Assembly (NCBI GenBank): GCA_964247055.1
Contig: OZ176050.1
Coordinates: 9,610,001-9,674,000 of the forward strand
Source of the DNA: Paragordius varius
Taxonomy: Eukaryota > Animalia > Nematomorpha
Reading direction: 5' to 3'
Length of the DNA: 64,000 bases
Position 1 is the first letter of the stretch. Each line of letters starts with the position of its first letter. Under the pieces are notes generated by a model. That model was given only the letters and a program-made list of their open reading frames with translations. It was not told the origin of the DNA and searched no databases. Below are positions 1 to 13,025 of the stretch, piece by piece. Both the position numbers and the translations under genes were made by a program.

Positions 1-241
1 ATAAAAATTTTATAATTATTTTTCTTTACAAATTTAGGAAATTGAATAATAAAATAAAACATATAAATAAAGTCAATAAATTTAACTTATGAACATTTTT
101 TTATTGGTGTAATATGCATTTCGGCGGCCTCTGTCAGCACAGGCCAATTATAGTTTTGGTTGCCCCAAAATTCAGGGATGCGTTTTATTTAAAAATTAAT
201 ATATAAACGAATTATGTCATATAAATTATTTTTACTGGCAG

Positions 242-2488
242 ATTTGTGTTAAGGGGCGAAACGTGTTTCAAGGTTATTTAAATTTGGAAGATGCAACAAA
301 GGAGGTAATAGATTCGGATGGATGGTTTCATACAGGCGATATGGGAAAACTGGTTTATACTTGTACTGGTGGTCCCTTTATAGTAATTACCGGAAGATAT
401 AAAGGTAAAATAAATTTTGTTGATATGATTTTAAAATAAACACAAAAAATCAAAAAAATATCAATATCTTTGAATTAAGCGCAATTTCATCTACAAAAAA
501 TTATATTAATTTTAAACGATGGCCAAGCCTTATTTTAAAATCGAATTTATGGCTAGCCGTCAAACGTGTAAAAATTTGATTATTTCAAAGATATTTATAA
601 TTTTAATCAAATAATCTATCAATTTTTTTTGTAATTAGCTATTAATATATGTATATAGATAAAAATTTTATAAAACATTTTTATATTATTAAAAATAAGA
701 GCTAATTATAACCGCGGGAGGCGAAAATGTAGCTCCAGTTCCCATCGAAACGGCAATTCACCAGCAATTGTCGCACATTATAAGTAATGTTATGGTCATT
801 GGGGATTACAAAAAATTCTTGTATGCACTTCTTACTTTACAGGTATAAATTTCATTGGTAAAATGTCATTTTAAATAACATAATATATATAAGGATATTG
901 TATGATAAGTGTAAGCTTATATGGTATTAATATTACAAATTATATTGTTGACAATTTGTTTAATAACTGTAATATAAAACTATACAAAACATTAAATTTC
1001 CTGTTTATTCCAATTCTTTTATTTTTTTTAAATGTACGAAAAAAGCTAAATATATGTTTTTATTGTGAAGGTAAATGACGGATTTATAATGTTTAATAAC
1101 AGGTGTTAAATCCGTAAAATAATGATAAACGAAAATTTAGAAAATTAATTTAAAATTTATATATTACAAAAATCATAAACGATATGTGAAACCCTTTGGT
1201 CAATAGTAATGTCAGACTAGTTTCGTGCTTGTTAACACTCATCAGTACGACACAACTATTTGACTTGGGGTTTTCATATATCGATTTCGTGTGTATATAT
1301 ATATCCAACTTTGCAATTTTGGTATAAATGCGGTTGTTTATACGAATTTAAATTAAATTTAATTGACATTTATGTAAATTAAACTGAAAATTTGAAAATA
1401 AACTACAAATTTGAAAATAAACTGAAAATTAACACTAGGTTTAACCCTAGATTTAGAGTATAGCTACTTAGATTTTTAGATATTTATTGATGCAATTGAA
1501 CATTTCTTTTTTATAGACTGAAATAGACAGTAAGACTGGTTTACCTACATCAAAAGTGACCCGTACAGCTTTACAACAAATTGAGATGATAGTGGGGAAT
1601 GCTGATAAGACTAAAGGTAAGTTTATAATATCTTTTTTTACAGAGGCTTCATTGAATACATATGTGCATATTTAACGATATTTACAAAAAAATTTCCATA
1701 GTTAATCATCACCCGAAACTGTGTATAATCTTAATAATCCTTTCTATAAATCTTAAGTAAGTTAGATTTTTTATAAATAAATTTTTCCACTTTCTTATAT
1801 CTTATTCGTTTTATTAACTTAGAAATGTTAAAAAAATATGGAAAAATTAGTTTTCAATAACTATTTTATGGTTTTCTTAAATTTTTATCACTATAAAAAT
1901 TTAATATAAAAGCCTGATCCGTAGTTGAACTAGGCTCATTTTGATAATTAAATATACATATTAATGAAATTTATTGTTGAATATAAATTTTTTAATAGAA
2001 TTTGACATGACTAACTCGAATTCCTACACTGAGACAAACAATATCCCGCCCTCCCTACGATCTCACATTCAAAATGCAATCAAGGAGGCCAATAAGAGCG
2101 CCCAAAGTAATGCAGCCACAGTTAAACGTTGGACGATATTGCCTGTAGATTTTAGCTTAGCTGGTGGAGAATTGGGTATATATTTAAAAAATACATCCAT
2201 GATATAATGATAAAAAATATGAATTAGCTTCAAAACATATAGATAGTTGCACAAATTTTTAAATTTCAATCTTCATCTGCATTAACACTAATCAATCATA
2301 TTTGGAAAAAATGAGTGTGGTAATCTGTTTTAAAAACATTTTATATGGATTAACATTGTATGAAATCGATAATTAACTGATTTTTTGTGTATAAAGGTCC
2401 TACCTTAAAACTCAAAAGACCATTCATCGCTCAAAAATATCATGCATTGATTGAATCTCTGTACGCGAATGCCGAAGATTCCTCATAA
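242..2488 (+). CDS. ACSBG: Long-chain-fatty-acid--CoA ligase, bubblegum/ACSBG family, paralog 1 (3' part only; 5' exons lie left of the window)
   Basis: Exons 242-404 ([12 protein letters not shown]...GWFHTGDMG...ITGRYK), 700-842 ([17 protein letters not shown]...[16 protein letters not shown]), 1517-1616, 1999-2175 ([30 protein letters not shown]), 2397-2488 ([10 protein letters not shown]...TAA). GT-AG junctions with consistent phases; motifs typical of the ACSBG C-terminal half. Confidence 0.93.
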
Positions 2489-2684
2489 ATATATATCAAC
2501 ACTTAAATAATCAATTTTATTATTATAATTATTATATAATTCTTTTATACATGTCTATTAATTTAAATAATGTCATATAAGATATATTGGGCTAGGATGA
2601 ATGCAATAATTACCATATAATTGTGATTTATTGTTACATAATAATAATAGTTTAAAGTGCTAATAAATACATTAGTGATGGTAT

Positions 2685-3284
2685 TCTATATATTTATAAA
2701 AATGGAAAGTGGTGGCTTTGTGATCTGTTTTCGGAAAACCGGTAGACCCATTGAAATCCAAACATCGAAAAAATATAATCATTAATGAATGCCCCGACAA
2801 TAGCTTCGCCCTTTTTTTGAATTAGGCCCCCAGTTCGGGCCTACCCCGTGTCAAAAACGGTTTTTTTGAAAACAGTCTACAAAAATCGTGTCTTTGAGAC
2901 AATTTTCCGTAGAACGTGTTGGACCATTCAATTTCAAATATGATATTTGTTTACTTATTTTCGATTGCGCCGAACATCGTCGTCTCGCTTTTTTAATTTA
3001 GGTCCTCTTTTTACCCGTTCCCCCCGTTATATGCCATTTTTTTTCAAAAACACGAAATCCACAAAAATAATTTTTTCTATTTTCCCCCCAAGTAAACAAT
3101 ATATTAGTATGAATGCACTGTTTTAAAATTCCTATGAGATCATAGCTATTAAATAATGTTTCGAAATAATCCACATATGTGGATCATTTTATTGTCTCTT
3201 TTTTCAAATGGCCTACCCCCCCCCCCCCTTCCAAAAGTCCGAAGGACTTCTTTGGGCTGCGTAGCAGCACGAAATTTACGCTAG
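2685..3284 (+). mobile_element. Non-autonomous Helitron, short ~600-bp form
   Basis: 5' TCTATATATTTATAAAA; 3' hairpins GAAGTCC-GAA-GGACTTC-like and GCTGC-GTA-GCAGC about 12 nt upstream of terminal CTAG|T; no TIR or TSD; same family at 6797, 18116(-), 27762, 31310. Confidence 0.8.
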
Positions 3285-3470
3285 TATTTTATATATATAA
3301 AATAATTAAAAATTTAAATTTTATCCAAGTTATATTTACCTAATTTTAAACGATTGTTTAAATTAAATTTTTGTTAATTTGAACATTAAACACTAAAACC
3401 CAGTCGAAATTGAGTTTAAACCAGTTTGGTCTTGAGTTATTTAAACCATAATCCAATTTAATTTCTATTA

Positions 3471-4665
3471 CAGTGTGTCCAAAAAATTTTTTTAACAGAA
3501 TATTTTTTTCATAAGATAGCTTATGCAGCGTATTTTGCCGTAAAATTTTTTATTTGTTTACGACCTATTTGAAATATTGATAGAAAATCGAAATCAGGCA
3601 AAAGAAATTAATAATAATGGATAATTTAAAAAATAATGATGAATGTAATATTATGGTTTATTATCTTTTTAGGAGATATTTTCAATGTATAAAGAGCCTA
3701 AAATTATATAGTTAGGGTTCAAAATCTCAGTTCAAAAGTTGGCGTTTTCTTTTAACACACTTATAAGACAAAATTTTTTTATGAAACTATATATATATAT
3801 ATATATAATTTTCTTAAATTATTTCTAGCTAAACTCACTATTAAAATTTTAAAATTTATATTTTATTCAGTAAAAAAAACTTATATATCAAAATTAAACT
3901 AAAAAATATTGTTTTTTATTTTTTCATTTTTCTTTTTCTCGGTTTATGACGGTATAAAAAATTTAGTGTTTTATTTTGGAATATCACATGAGCGGAAATT
4001 ATAAAGTATATAAATTAATACAAAATAAAATTTACAAGTAGTGGAAAATCAACCAAAAATCCGAACATATCCTAGTAAAAATTAATTTGTGAAACAAACT
4101 TTTCACAGGTTTGTAAGGATTTTTGGTTGATATTCCACTACTTTTAAATCCTATTTTGCATAAATTATATAATAATTTCAACTCATGTAAGATTCAAAAA
4201 TAAAACAGTATAAATTTTTTATACACTCATAAACCAAATGATAAAAAACAATATTTTTTGATTTTTTGATACATAAGTTTATTTTAACTGAAAAGATCTT
4301 AATAGTTTAGCTAGTAAATAATTAAAAAAAATGTTTAATATAGTTTCATAAAATTGTCTTTCAAGTGTGTTAAAACTGAGATTTTATTGAAACCCTTACT
4401 ATATGTATTTAGGCTATTTATATAATGAAAATACTTCTAAAATGATAATAAACCATAATATTTTAACTTTTATCGTTATTTTTTGAATTATCCTTAATCA
4501 TCCTTAATATTCACTTTTTCCCCGATTTCGATTTTCTCTTAATATTTTAAAAACTAAGTCGTCAACAAATAAAAATTTTTTTGGGCAAATGAATTCGCTG
4601 GTCATAATCTATCTCATGAAAAAAAAAATTTTGTTAAAAAAATAACCCTCTTTTTTTCACACAGT
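3471..4665. mobile_element. Degenerate fold-back/MITE-like element (long imperfect inverted repeat, arms of roughly 500-600 bp)
   Basis: Starts TA|CAGTGTGTCC; the left arm (e.g. aagtagtggaaaatcaaccaaaaatcc) is mirrored in the right arm (ggatttttggttgatattccactactt) around ~4070. Confidence 0.6.
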
Positions 4666-5649
4666 GTTGTAATTTGTTGCTGGAAGAGTACTGTGGATTT
4701 TAAATATTGCACCGTATTTTTTTGGAACATAAGTAAAAGAAATTAATATAAATAGTTTTTTGTTCGATTATAAATAACTGGTTTTCCCGCTTATGGATGC
4801 GATCAATTTGGTAATAATTAGGGCTTAATAAAAAAAACATTTTAATAGTGTCCTTATTTTTTATTTTGGGCATGATTCTTATAGAAATATTACAAAGACT
4901 AATAGAAATGACCTTTATGAATATTGCTTTAATTATATTTGGAGAAGATATAACTCTAACTTTTAAACAGCTACGGATCTTTAAACTACTCGATTTCAAC
5001 ATTCGAGAATTAAGACATATGCTTCTATGTTTTTTAAAAAAGTTATAAATATATATTTTAAAATTTCAATTATAATTATCACAATGATTGATATAAATGG
5101 TCACCTAAAAACTGATGTTTAAAATTATTACATTTTTTCCTTATTAAAATAGTATAGTATAATTCCATACACTTCATTAACATCAAACATTATACGGTTT
5201 TAAAATTAATTAAAATTCGTTAAATCAGAATGGTAAAAATAAATTTATGCTGTATGTGAAAAATTGTAAAATTCAATCATAAAGGATAGCATGACATTTT
5301 CCCCTACCTTTCAAATTTAATATTTGAATTTTAATTATATATAACATTGAATGACAAATTAGAAATTTTAGGGATTCAAAATTTAATTTAAAATATAGCA
5401 CATGTGAAATCAAATAGTCGAAAAACAAACTAGAGTGTCAAAAAATATACGGATCTTGTTTTTAATCGCTAAATATAGAATCCAAAATTTTCAAAATAAA
5501 GAAGAAGGTATAATGATTTTTAAATAAGTTATGCTAATTTTTTAAAATTTGTTTTTCGATGTTGAATTTGAAGTTCTAAATAAAAAGGGACATCCTAGGA
5601 TACGAGAGTGGAATTTTTTTATCTCATTTTGAGATATTTACTTAAATTA

Positions 5650-5939
5650 AATATGGGTATCTGAATACCCCAGACAATATTTAAGTTGATATTCTTTAAA
5701 AATAGTTAAAGAAACGCTCCCAATTTAAATTTATACTTTTCTAATAAAAATTAAATAAATAAGAAAATATAAATAAAATTTAGATTTGAAAAAAAGTACC
5801 ATATCAAACTACTTCGACGATTTTAATTTTACATTTTGGCAAAATATCGTCTTCATTTGATTCAAACGCTAAAATTAAGTTTACTTTTTTATTAAAATTA
5901 TTAACATTAATATAAACATAAAAAGTCGTATATTTTGTA

Positions 5940-5996
<57 letters not shown>

Positions 5997-6200
5997 GCTT
6001 ATACACACATGTCATGTTGGCTAAATCTTTACCTCTGAATAAGTAATATCACCTATTTTTGAATGAATTTTTTTATATTTTTTATTAATGATATATCAGT
6101 TTAAACTTTTGCCATGGTTCCGATTCCTTCTATATTTACTAGAGTATTTTATTCAGACCTGGGGTATCCAACTACCCCATTTTGAATCGAAAATGAATCT
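5650..6200. repeat. Dispersed ~500-bp repeat family (further copies ~15670-16200 and ~21150-21520)
   Basis: Shared blocks gggtat(c/t)t(g/a)aataccccagac, ggcaaaatatc, aagtaatatca and tttgaatcgaa recur in the same order in all three places. Confidence 0.65.
5945..5993. repeat. (TA)n microsatellite inside a dispersed repeat
   Basis: Pure TA run; further runs at ~41780, ~42010, ~53207, ~53605. Confidence 0.95.
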
Positions 6201-6796
6201 GTTGTATCCATTACATTTATATAACATTAAACAGAAATATATAAAAAATTCATTCAAAAATACTTGATATTACTTGTTTTAAGGTAAAACCCTAAGGTAA
6301 AAATTTAGTTAACATGACATGGGCATTAGCAAAAACAATACAAATAAACCACTTTTTCTGTTTCTATCATTGTTAATTTGATTTAAATAAAAAATTAACC
6401 TCAATTTCAACTTTGAAATTAAATAAACACGATATTTTGCAAAAATGTTGTAAAATAAAAATGGTGTCAAAGCAGTTTGATAAGGAACTTATTTCATAAC
6501 CATTTTTTTATTTAGATATTTTGGTTTATTTATATAATTTTTATAAAGGAAGGTCAAATTTAAATTGGGCCCTGTCTTTAACTAGTTTTTTTTAAGAATA
6601 TTAATTTAAATATTATTTTGGGTATTTAAATACCCATATTTTAATCGTAGTGTTAATAAGTTTGTTTATTACATTAAAAATTGTTTTTTTTGTATTAATA
6701 TTTCATTTTTTCAAGAATTAGGATTTTCTGTTTTTGGTCCTTTTAAGAGAAAATGCATTAATTTTGAGAACAGGAAGCTTCAGTATATCCTGATCA

Positions 6797-8866
6797 TCTA
6801 TATATTTATAAAAATGGAAAATGCTGGCTTTGTGATGTGTTTCCGGAAAACCGATAGACCCATTCAAATCCAAATGTCAAAATAAAATAATCATTAATGA
6901 ATGCCCCGACAATATCGCCCTGTTTTGAAATAAGCCCCCAGTTCGGGCCCACCCCGTGTAAAAAAACGGGTTTTGTTTGAAAAGGAAAGTCCATAAAGAC
7001 AATTTTCCGGAAAACGTGTTGGATTTAATTTTAAATATGATTGTTTTTACTTTTTTCAATTGCGCCAAACATAGTCGGCTCGCTTTTTTAATTTCAACCC
7101 TCCTTTTACCCGCCCACCTCCCTCCCCCCCCCCCCCGTAAAATGCCATTTTTTTCAAAAATTAAGTCCAAATTTTTGAATCTATTTTTCGCCTAAGATAT
7201 GAGACCATAAAAATTCAATCAAGATTCCAGGTATTCTCCTAAAAAGGCAAAATTAGTCGTGCGTTTCTTTTATATCGGCTGCTGGGTAAGGAGATACCTG
7301 CTAAAAACTGCATCGTCATATTGAAATAGCGTGCCTTTGGGGCTAAATTCGAGAAAACCTATCGGGCCGTATGAGTTCAATAGCTGCTAAAAATATTACC
7401 CGTGACAAGGCAAAATTTAGGTCATGCGGTTTTTTTAAATAAGCAGTTAATTAGGGCCTTCACGCCCTGAAAAATGCCCCACCATAGAATGATTCTTAGT
7501 TCTGAGGTAATTTTTCCAAAAACTAATGAGAGCATATGGAATCAATCATTATTCCAGGTATTCTCCGTAAAAAGGCAAAAATTTTAATCAAGCGCTATTT
7601 TTGCATCAGCTTCCGGTAGGAAGCTACCCGCCTAAAACTGCGCCACCATATCGAAATTGCGTTGTTTAGAGTTAATTTTCAGAAAACTTATCAGGCCATA
7701 TAGGTTCAATAAGGGACTGAAATATTACCCGTAAAAAGTCAATAATTTAAGTCGAGCGGTTTTTTAAATTAGCAGTTAATTAGGCTCTTTATGCCCGAAA
7801 AAATGCGCTATCATTGAAATTATTAAGTTTTGAAACCATCCTTATAAAAATTATTGAGAACATATGGAATGAATGATGATTTCAGGTATTCCACTTATAA
7901 AGGAAAAAATCTTTGCCGAACGTCTTTTTTAAATTGGCCTCTGGGTAGGGTACGCGCCTATAACTGCCATCATATCTATACAGGGTGACTTCGGAGGCAA
8001 ATTTTAGTGAGTTCAATAAGGGCTTGAAAAATTACCCGTAAAAAGGCAAAAATTTAAGTAGAAAGGTTTTATTATATTACCCCTTGATTAAGCCCTTGCC
8101 CTGAATGCTCCACCATAAAATGACTTTTTGGTTTGGAGGTATTTTTCGAAAATCCCACGAGAGCATATGGAATCAATCATGATTTCACCCTAGTCAAATC
8201 AAGGCAAAAATTTTAATCGAGCGTTTTTTTGTTTCGCCCCTAGTTAGGGGGCTCCCCGCGTAAAACTGCGCCCCCATATCGATACAGCATGCCTTTGGAG
8301 CCAAATTTCCGAAATCTATGTGAGTTCAATAATAGCCAAAAATATTTATTACCCCTTAAAAAAACAAATACTTTATTGTAGGGGGTTATGAGTTGCTAAG
8401 TAAAGTTTTACGCCCTGAAAAATGCGTTGCCATAGAACAATTTTTTAATTTTGAAGCAATAATTCCAAGAACTTATAAGAACATATGGGATACATGATAA
8501 TTACAGATATTCCCCATATAAAGGCAAAAATTTTGTCCAACGCTTTTTTATACCCCTAAGAGTTACCTGCCAAAAACTGCGCCACTATATAGAAATTGGG
8601 TTGTTTTGGAGCTAATTTACAGAAAATTTATGATGCCATAGCTCATTAAAAGCCTGAAATGTTACCCGTAACTAGGTAAAAATTAAGGTGAGGCGTTTTT
8701 TATAAGCCGTTAATTTGGGGCCTTTACCTAAAAATACGCCAATAACGATTATTTAGTGCTGAGGTATTTTTTCGAATAACCCATGAGACGATGATAAAGA
8801 TGATTCCAAATTTTTGCCCTAAAAAGGCAAAGAATTTAACTCAGCGCTTTTTTCATATAGGTCTAT
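6797..8866 (+). mobile_element. Long Helitron variant: same 5' ~400 bp as the short form, followed by an internal tandem array
   Basis: A|TCTATATATTTATAAAAATGG start matches 2685/27762; diverges after ...tttttcgcc at ~7190 into the array; no clear 3' CTAG hairpin seen. Confidence 0.65.
7200..8866. repeat. Tandem array of ~160-bp subunits arranged as ~320-bp A/B dimers (about 11 subunits)
   Basis: AAGGCAAAA-like marker near 7244, 7407, 7572, 7736, 7899, 8043, 8201, 8521, 8824; every second unit is preceded by a GATTCCAGGTATTC-like motif. Confidence 0.85.
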
Positions 8867-9049
8867 ATTTAAAATTAATTCAATGTAGGCGATCTGAATA
8901 AATCTTTCCAAATTTTTCTAGTAGAGGAATAAACAACAATTAAAATAACTAGTAGATATTTCGGGTTATATTTTTTTAAAGTCCCATGATCAAAATATTT
9001 ATTGATGTCCATTTTTTATATTGTTATCAATGCGGCCAGCGAAGCCATT

Positions 9050-9310
9050 TGTATTGGATACCCCTGATAAAATGATGAACCTATTGTATGCTAAACACCA
9101 GTAAATTGAATCTATCCCTATCGAAATACATTCGTAGGAGCACATATGTTAAGCGAATAGCCGAAAATGACAAACAATAGGCTATGTTGGATTAGTCTCA
9201 TTGAGAGGAGAGATTCTAATTATATTGCAAAAACCATAAAGAGTCATAAGGAAAATGAGGACGTGGGCGGAAAACGAGATGGATGAACACAATTAAAAGA
9301 AAGTTGGCAT
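9050..9310 (+). mobile_element. Degenerate non-LTR (RTE-like LINE) 3' fragment
   Basis: Broken translation ...K*GRGRKTRWMNTIK resembles the GRP+xRWxD tail of RTE-clade ORF2; contains stops. Confidence 0.5.
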
Positions 9311-10520
9311 ATGAGATGAAAGCAGCAGACGCCTAATAAGTTCTGTAACGAGACAGGTTGTCCCAAACCGCTCTAAAAACATGAATGTAATAATAATAAG
9401 TGAAATTTGATTTATATCCAAACTGTTTAATGATTTAAAGTTTAATAAAACTATTAAAAATATTATAATAAATAAATATTTTGCGTTTCCCAAGTACCAT
9501 ATTGTTAACTTGCAAAGATGAGGAGATAATATAAGAAATGTGAAATGAATTCATTCGGTTTTTTAGGGTTTATATATACTAATTTTAGTTGTACATAATT
9601 TGCATTATATCAATAAAATTTCAAGTAACAAAGGATATACTATTTACATAGTACACAAAAAATATAGAAAATAATACAATTCAAATAGCGGTGAAAGTTA
9701 TGATACACAACCAAGGTATGTATTTCACATTTGCATGTAACACAGAAAATTATGATATAAAAACAAAGTATATCTTTCAGATTTGCATAACACATATCTA
9801 AAAAACAATGGTTTTTGACCCGTTTATCAATACTGTTTTTCACTATCTTACCTGGTGAATGACTCTACAAATGTCTTATAAGTACATTATAGAAAAGTGC
9901 ATTTTATATTCTACAAACATTGCAATTCTAAAGTGAGAGTTTTGCCAAAATTTAAAGAGGCACTAAAAGCTAGAATACTAATGGTTTTTATGGTACTTTC
10001 AAGCTAAACAAAAGTTATTAAACTCTTTCACTTTGCTGCAAAAAAAACCATTTTCATCCCATACAGAAATAAACTACAGCATATATATATTAAATTTGCT
10101 AAAATAAAACAGAAAATTAAAAATAATGTATTTATGACCACAGTTCAGGAATATTGTCTGTGAAAATAAATATATTACACGACATATATGTATTCCAACT
10201 TTTGTTGTAAAGTTTGTTTGCCTAGTTTGTTATATTGTTTTTAAACCAGCCAGACAATACCTAATATATTAATGTATATGCTACAAAATTTGTTTTAACT
10301 ATTTTGAAAAAGTATAAATTGTAGAATCTTAACTCTAGTAATACTGATCAATTTTTAATTTTTTACAAATTCCAAACTTGTCTCTTATATTTTATTTAAG
10401 TATGACAATTACATTAATTATGCATAAATTAATCTAATAATCTTAAAATGGAATGCAAGCGAAATTATAATCAAATGCGTGCTTCAATTTATAAATCTGA
10501 GTGATTCAAATTTTATAGTG

Positions 10521-13025
10521 ATGGATAATCACACAATCAGAAATAATTACCCAAGGGAATTTCTATTCATCCCATCAGTAAATGCAACACAGTTTTTTTC
10601 TTTCAACTATTCGAATGATTATCATATAACGTTTTCAACTACTCCCTCAATATCGTTCGTTTGGCATTATTATAATTGGATTCATGATGTTCATATTTTA
10701 AACCAACAACAAATTTTGTTGAATAAATCAAACGGCAATTTTGTGGCAAATATTTCTGAAGAGGAGGCTAGTATGGATCGTTGCTTGTTGAAAAAAACTT
10801 TATACACCAATTCAAGTTATTTATATGCCGAACATAATGGCCATTTGATCCATTTGAGTAATGTTTGCATACTGTTGGCATTAGTTTTACCTCTAACATA
10901 TTATCGCGATTCGGTCTATCGCTTTTTCTTAGGTCTTGGATGTCTAATAAATGTCCTATGGTGGCTCCTTAACTATGACAATAATATGAATCAAAATGTA
11001 GCCACACTTACAAATAATTTTATCGACAATGATGATTTGAGCAGTAATGTGTCGCTATCAAGCGTTTTTTATTTGAATGACACTCTTTCGGTAAAAAATC
11101 ATAAACTTCATAACTATTCAACCATTCTTATATCTTTGCTTAACCATACCGATATTGACTATATAATTTGGAATATGTGTTTTGTTATAATCAATTTTTT
11201 GTATCTAACTCATATAATTTATGGATTGCTTAGAGCCCTGTTGGCTAATCCAACTATTAAAAACTTTTACGCCACCAATCTTTTACCACTGGGATTAAAG
11301 TATGGAGATTGTAAAAGCCTACTTAACCATGCTAATGTAATAGCTTTTGTAAATGATTGTACCAATATTAATAACTGTAACGGCCGTGAGAGCGTCTATA
11401 AAATCAAAAATGGGGATAAAGAACGGCTTAACCATAATAATAATTTATACCATAGTTATGTAGCCTGGAATGCCGCCAAAATCTCTGTTAACATAAGAAA
11501 ACAGTCATCAGATGATATCAAAGATATTCGATTGAAATATAAAATTGGACATTTGAATAGAACTAGGGATGGAATTTTACAGATTGATTCAAACACACTG
11601 TATTATTTGATTGAAGGAGAGTAATATATAAATCATATATGAGTGGCGAAACTTATACAGTAAAAACTGAAATTATACGGACAAAACGTAAAAACATTAA
11701 GGCAAATATTTTTTTAAAAGACAACCATGCTTTTAAAATATTTCTCATATAAATTTTATAATTACAATTTTAAAATGTATAATTAATTGTGTGACCAATA
11801 TAGATATCAATTCTGTATTATGCAATATGAAACAATAATAATATTTAAACTTAAAAAAGTATGGTTGTCTTTTGAAAAAAAAATTTTGTCTTTATATTTT
11901 TACGTTTTGCCCGTATAATTTCAATTTTTACTGAATGTTTTTGAAACAAATCGTGTTATTTTGAAATTAAAAAAATCGTGATCCTTGTGTTCGCATAAAG
12001 ATCGACACTATCATATACAATTTGTTATTTTAAATTATAAATAAAAAGAGAAACGGGTAATATGTTGTTTTTTATGAACACTCAGGATAGACAGGAAGAA
12101 CTGTTTTTATGAAGAACCACAAACCTTTAAATAAAAAAACACTGCGGTCTTGCACATTTTTTTATAAAACAATTTTAAACTTTTACAATAGATTTTATGG
12201 TTTATGTGGTTATGTTCTTGCGGTTGTTTAATCACCTTCCATCAAAAAATAGTATATGTAATTCTTAAAAAAGATCCACATATTAGATCGTTAGGACAAA
12301 AAACAACGAAATTGGAACCAATATTTTTGGCAAAAAACATAAACTATAAATAAAAAATTTTATGCAATAGAAACCGGGCCCGCTTTTTAAATTATGTGTA
12401 AACAGTATCAGACGCAAAATAAATAGACTAGAAAAAGTATTCAGATTTAAATCCCTGGTTTAAATTTAGTGATGTTTTTGTAAAACAATTGGGATTAAAC
12501 AAAAAGTTTATTTGTTATATAATGTGTAATTTAATTAAAAAAATTTATAATTAGTTCAAAATTTGTTGCTTTAAATTACAAAGAGATTTATTAGTAGTGT
12601 TATATAGGGATTTTTTAATGATTTTAACACATATATTTTCGACCAGGATTCAAATGTGTCTGAAACCAGGTCCAAAAATAATTTTAACCATAAAAGCTAA
12701 TGCTTTTGTTAATTCGTTTGAATGGAATTCCATGTCTTTGAAGCACGACAAGGCCACGTTCCATCACAGTTTGGACAAGAAAATGCAACATACAGAATCC
12801 ACAACTCATGAAGACAATAATTTAATTAAGGTAATTTAACGTTTTATCATAATAAGTAATTATTATTTAAAGTATATTATTGCTACAGAATACGTAATTG
12901 TTGTGTGTTGGAAACCATGTAATTGGTCCAATTGGTCAAAGATGGATCGTTTAAGGATGCAAACCTTGCTTCAAGACGATATGACAAAGAAATTATATGA
13001 AATTCAACAAAATTTAGAAGGATGA
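10521..13025 (+). CDS. BVES: Popeye domain-containing protein (BVES/POPDC-like), divergent
   Basis: Exons 10521-11620, 12647-12830, 12873-13025. TM1-2 HLSNVCILLALVLP...FLGLGCLINVLWW; TM3 DYIIWNMCFVIINFLYLTHIIY (cf. [22 protein letters not shown]); spliced LIEGE|IQM...TIKANAFVNSFEW (cf. NIYPCAFIDSPEF) and VIVVCW...LLQDDMTKKLYEI (cf. RFLCW...LIGKDITNKLYSL). POPDC1/2/3 subtype not resolved. Confidence 0.85.
11658..11933. mobile_element. MITE in POPDC intron 1
   Basis: TIRs CAGTAAAAACTGAAATTATACGG / CCGTATAATTTCAATTTTTACTG; left flank TA. Confidence 0.7.

Noticed and set aside
6806-7195. Recurring short ORFs (…GGPELGAYFKKRAK…; also 27758-27970, 31306-31519)
   Set aside because: Chance frames in the non-coding Helitron body; frames differ between copies.
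10448-10518. Upstream ATG plus an 18-nt GT-AG segment before POPDC
   Set aside because: Removing the 18 nt does not join the upstream frame to POPDC (it stops at TAA); at most a short uORF.
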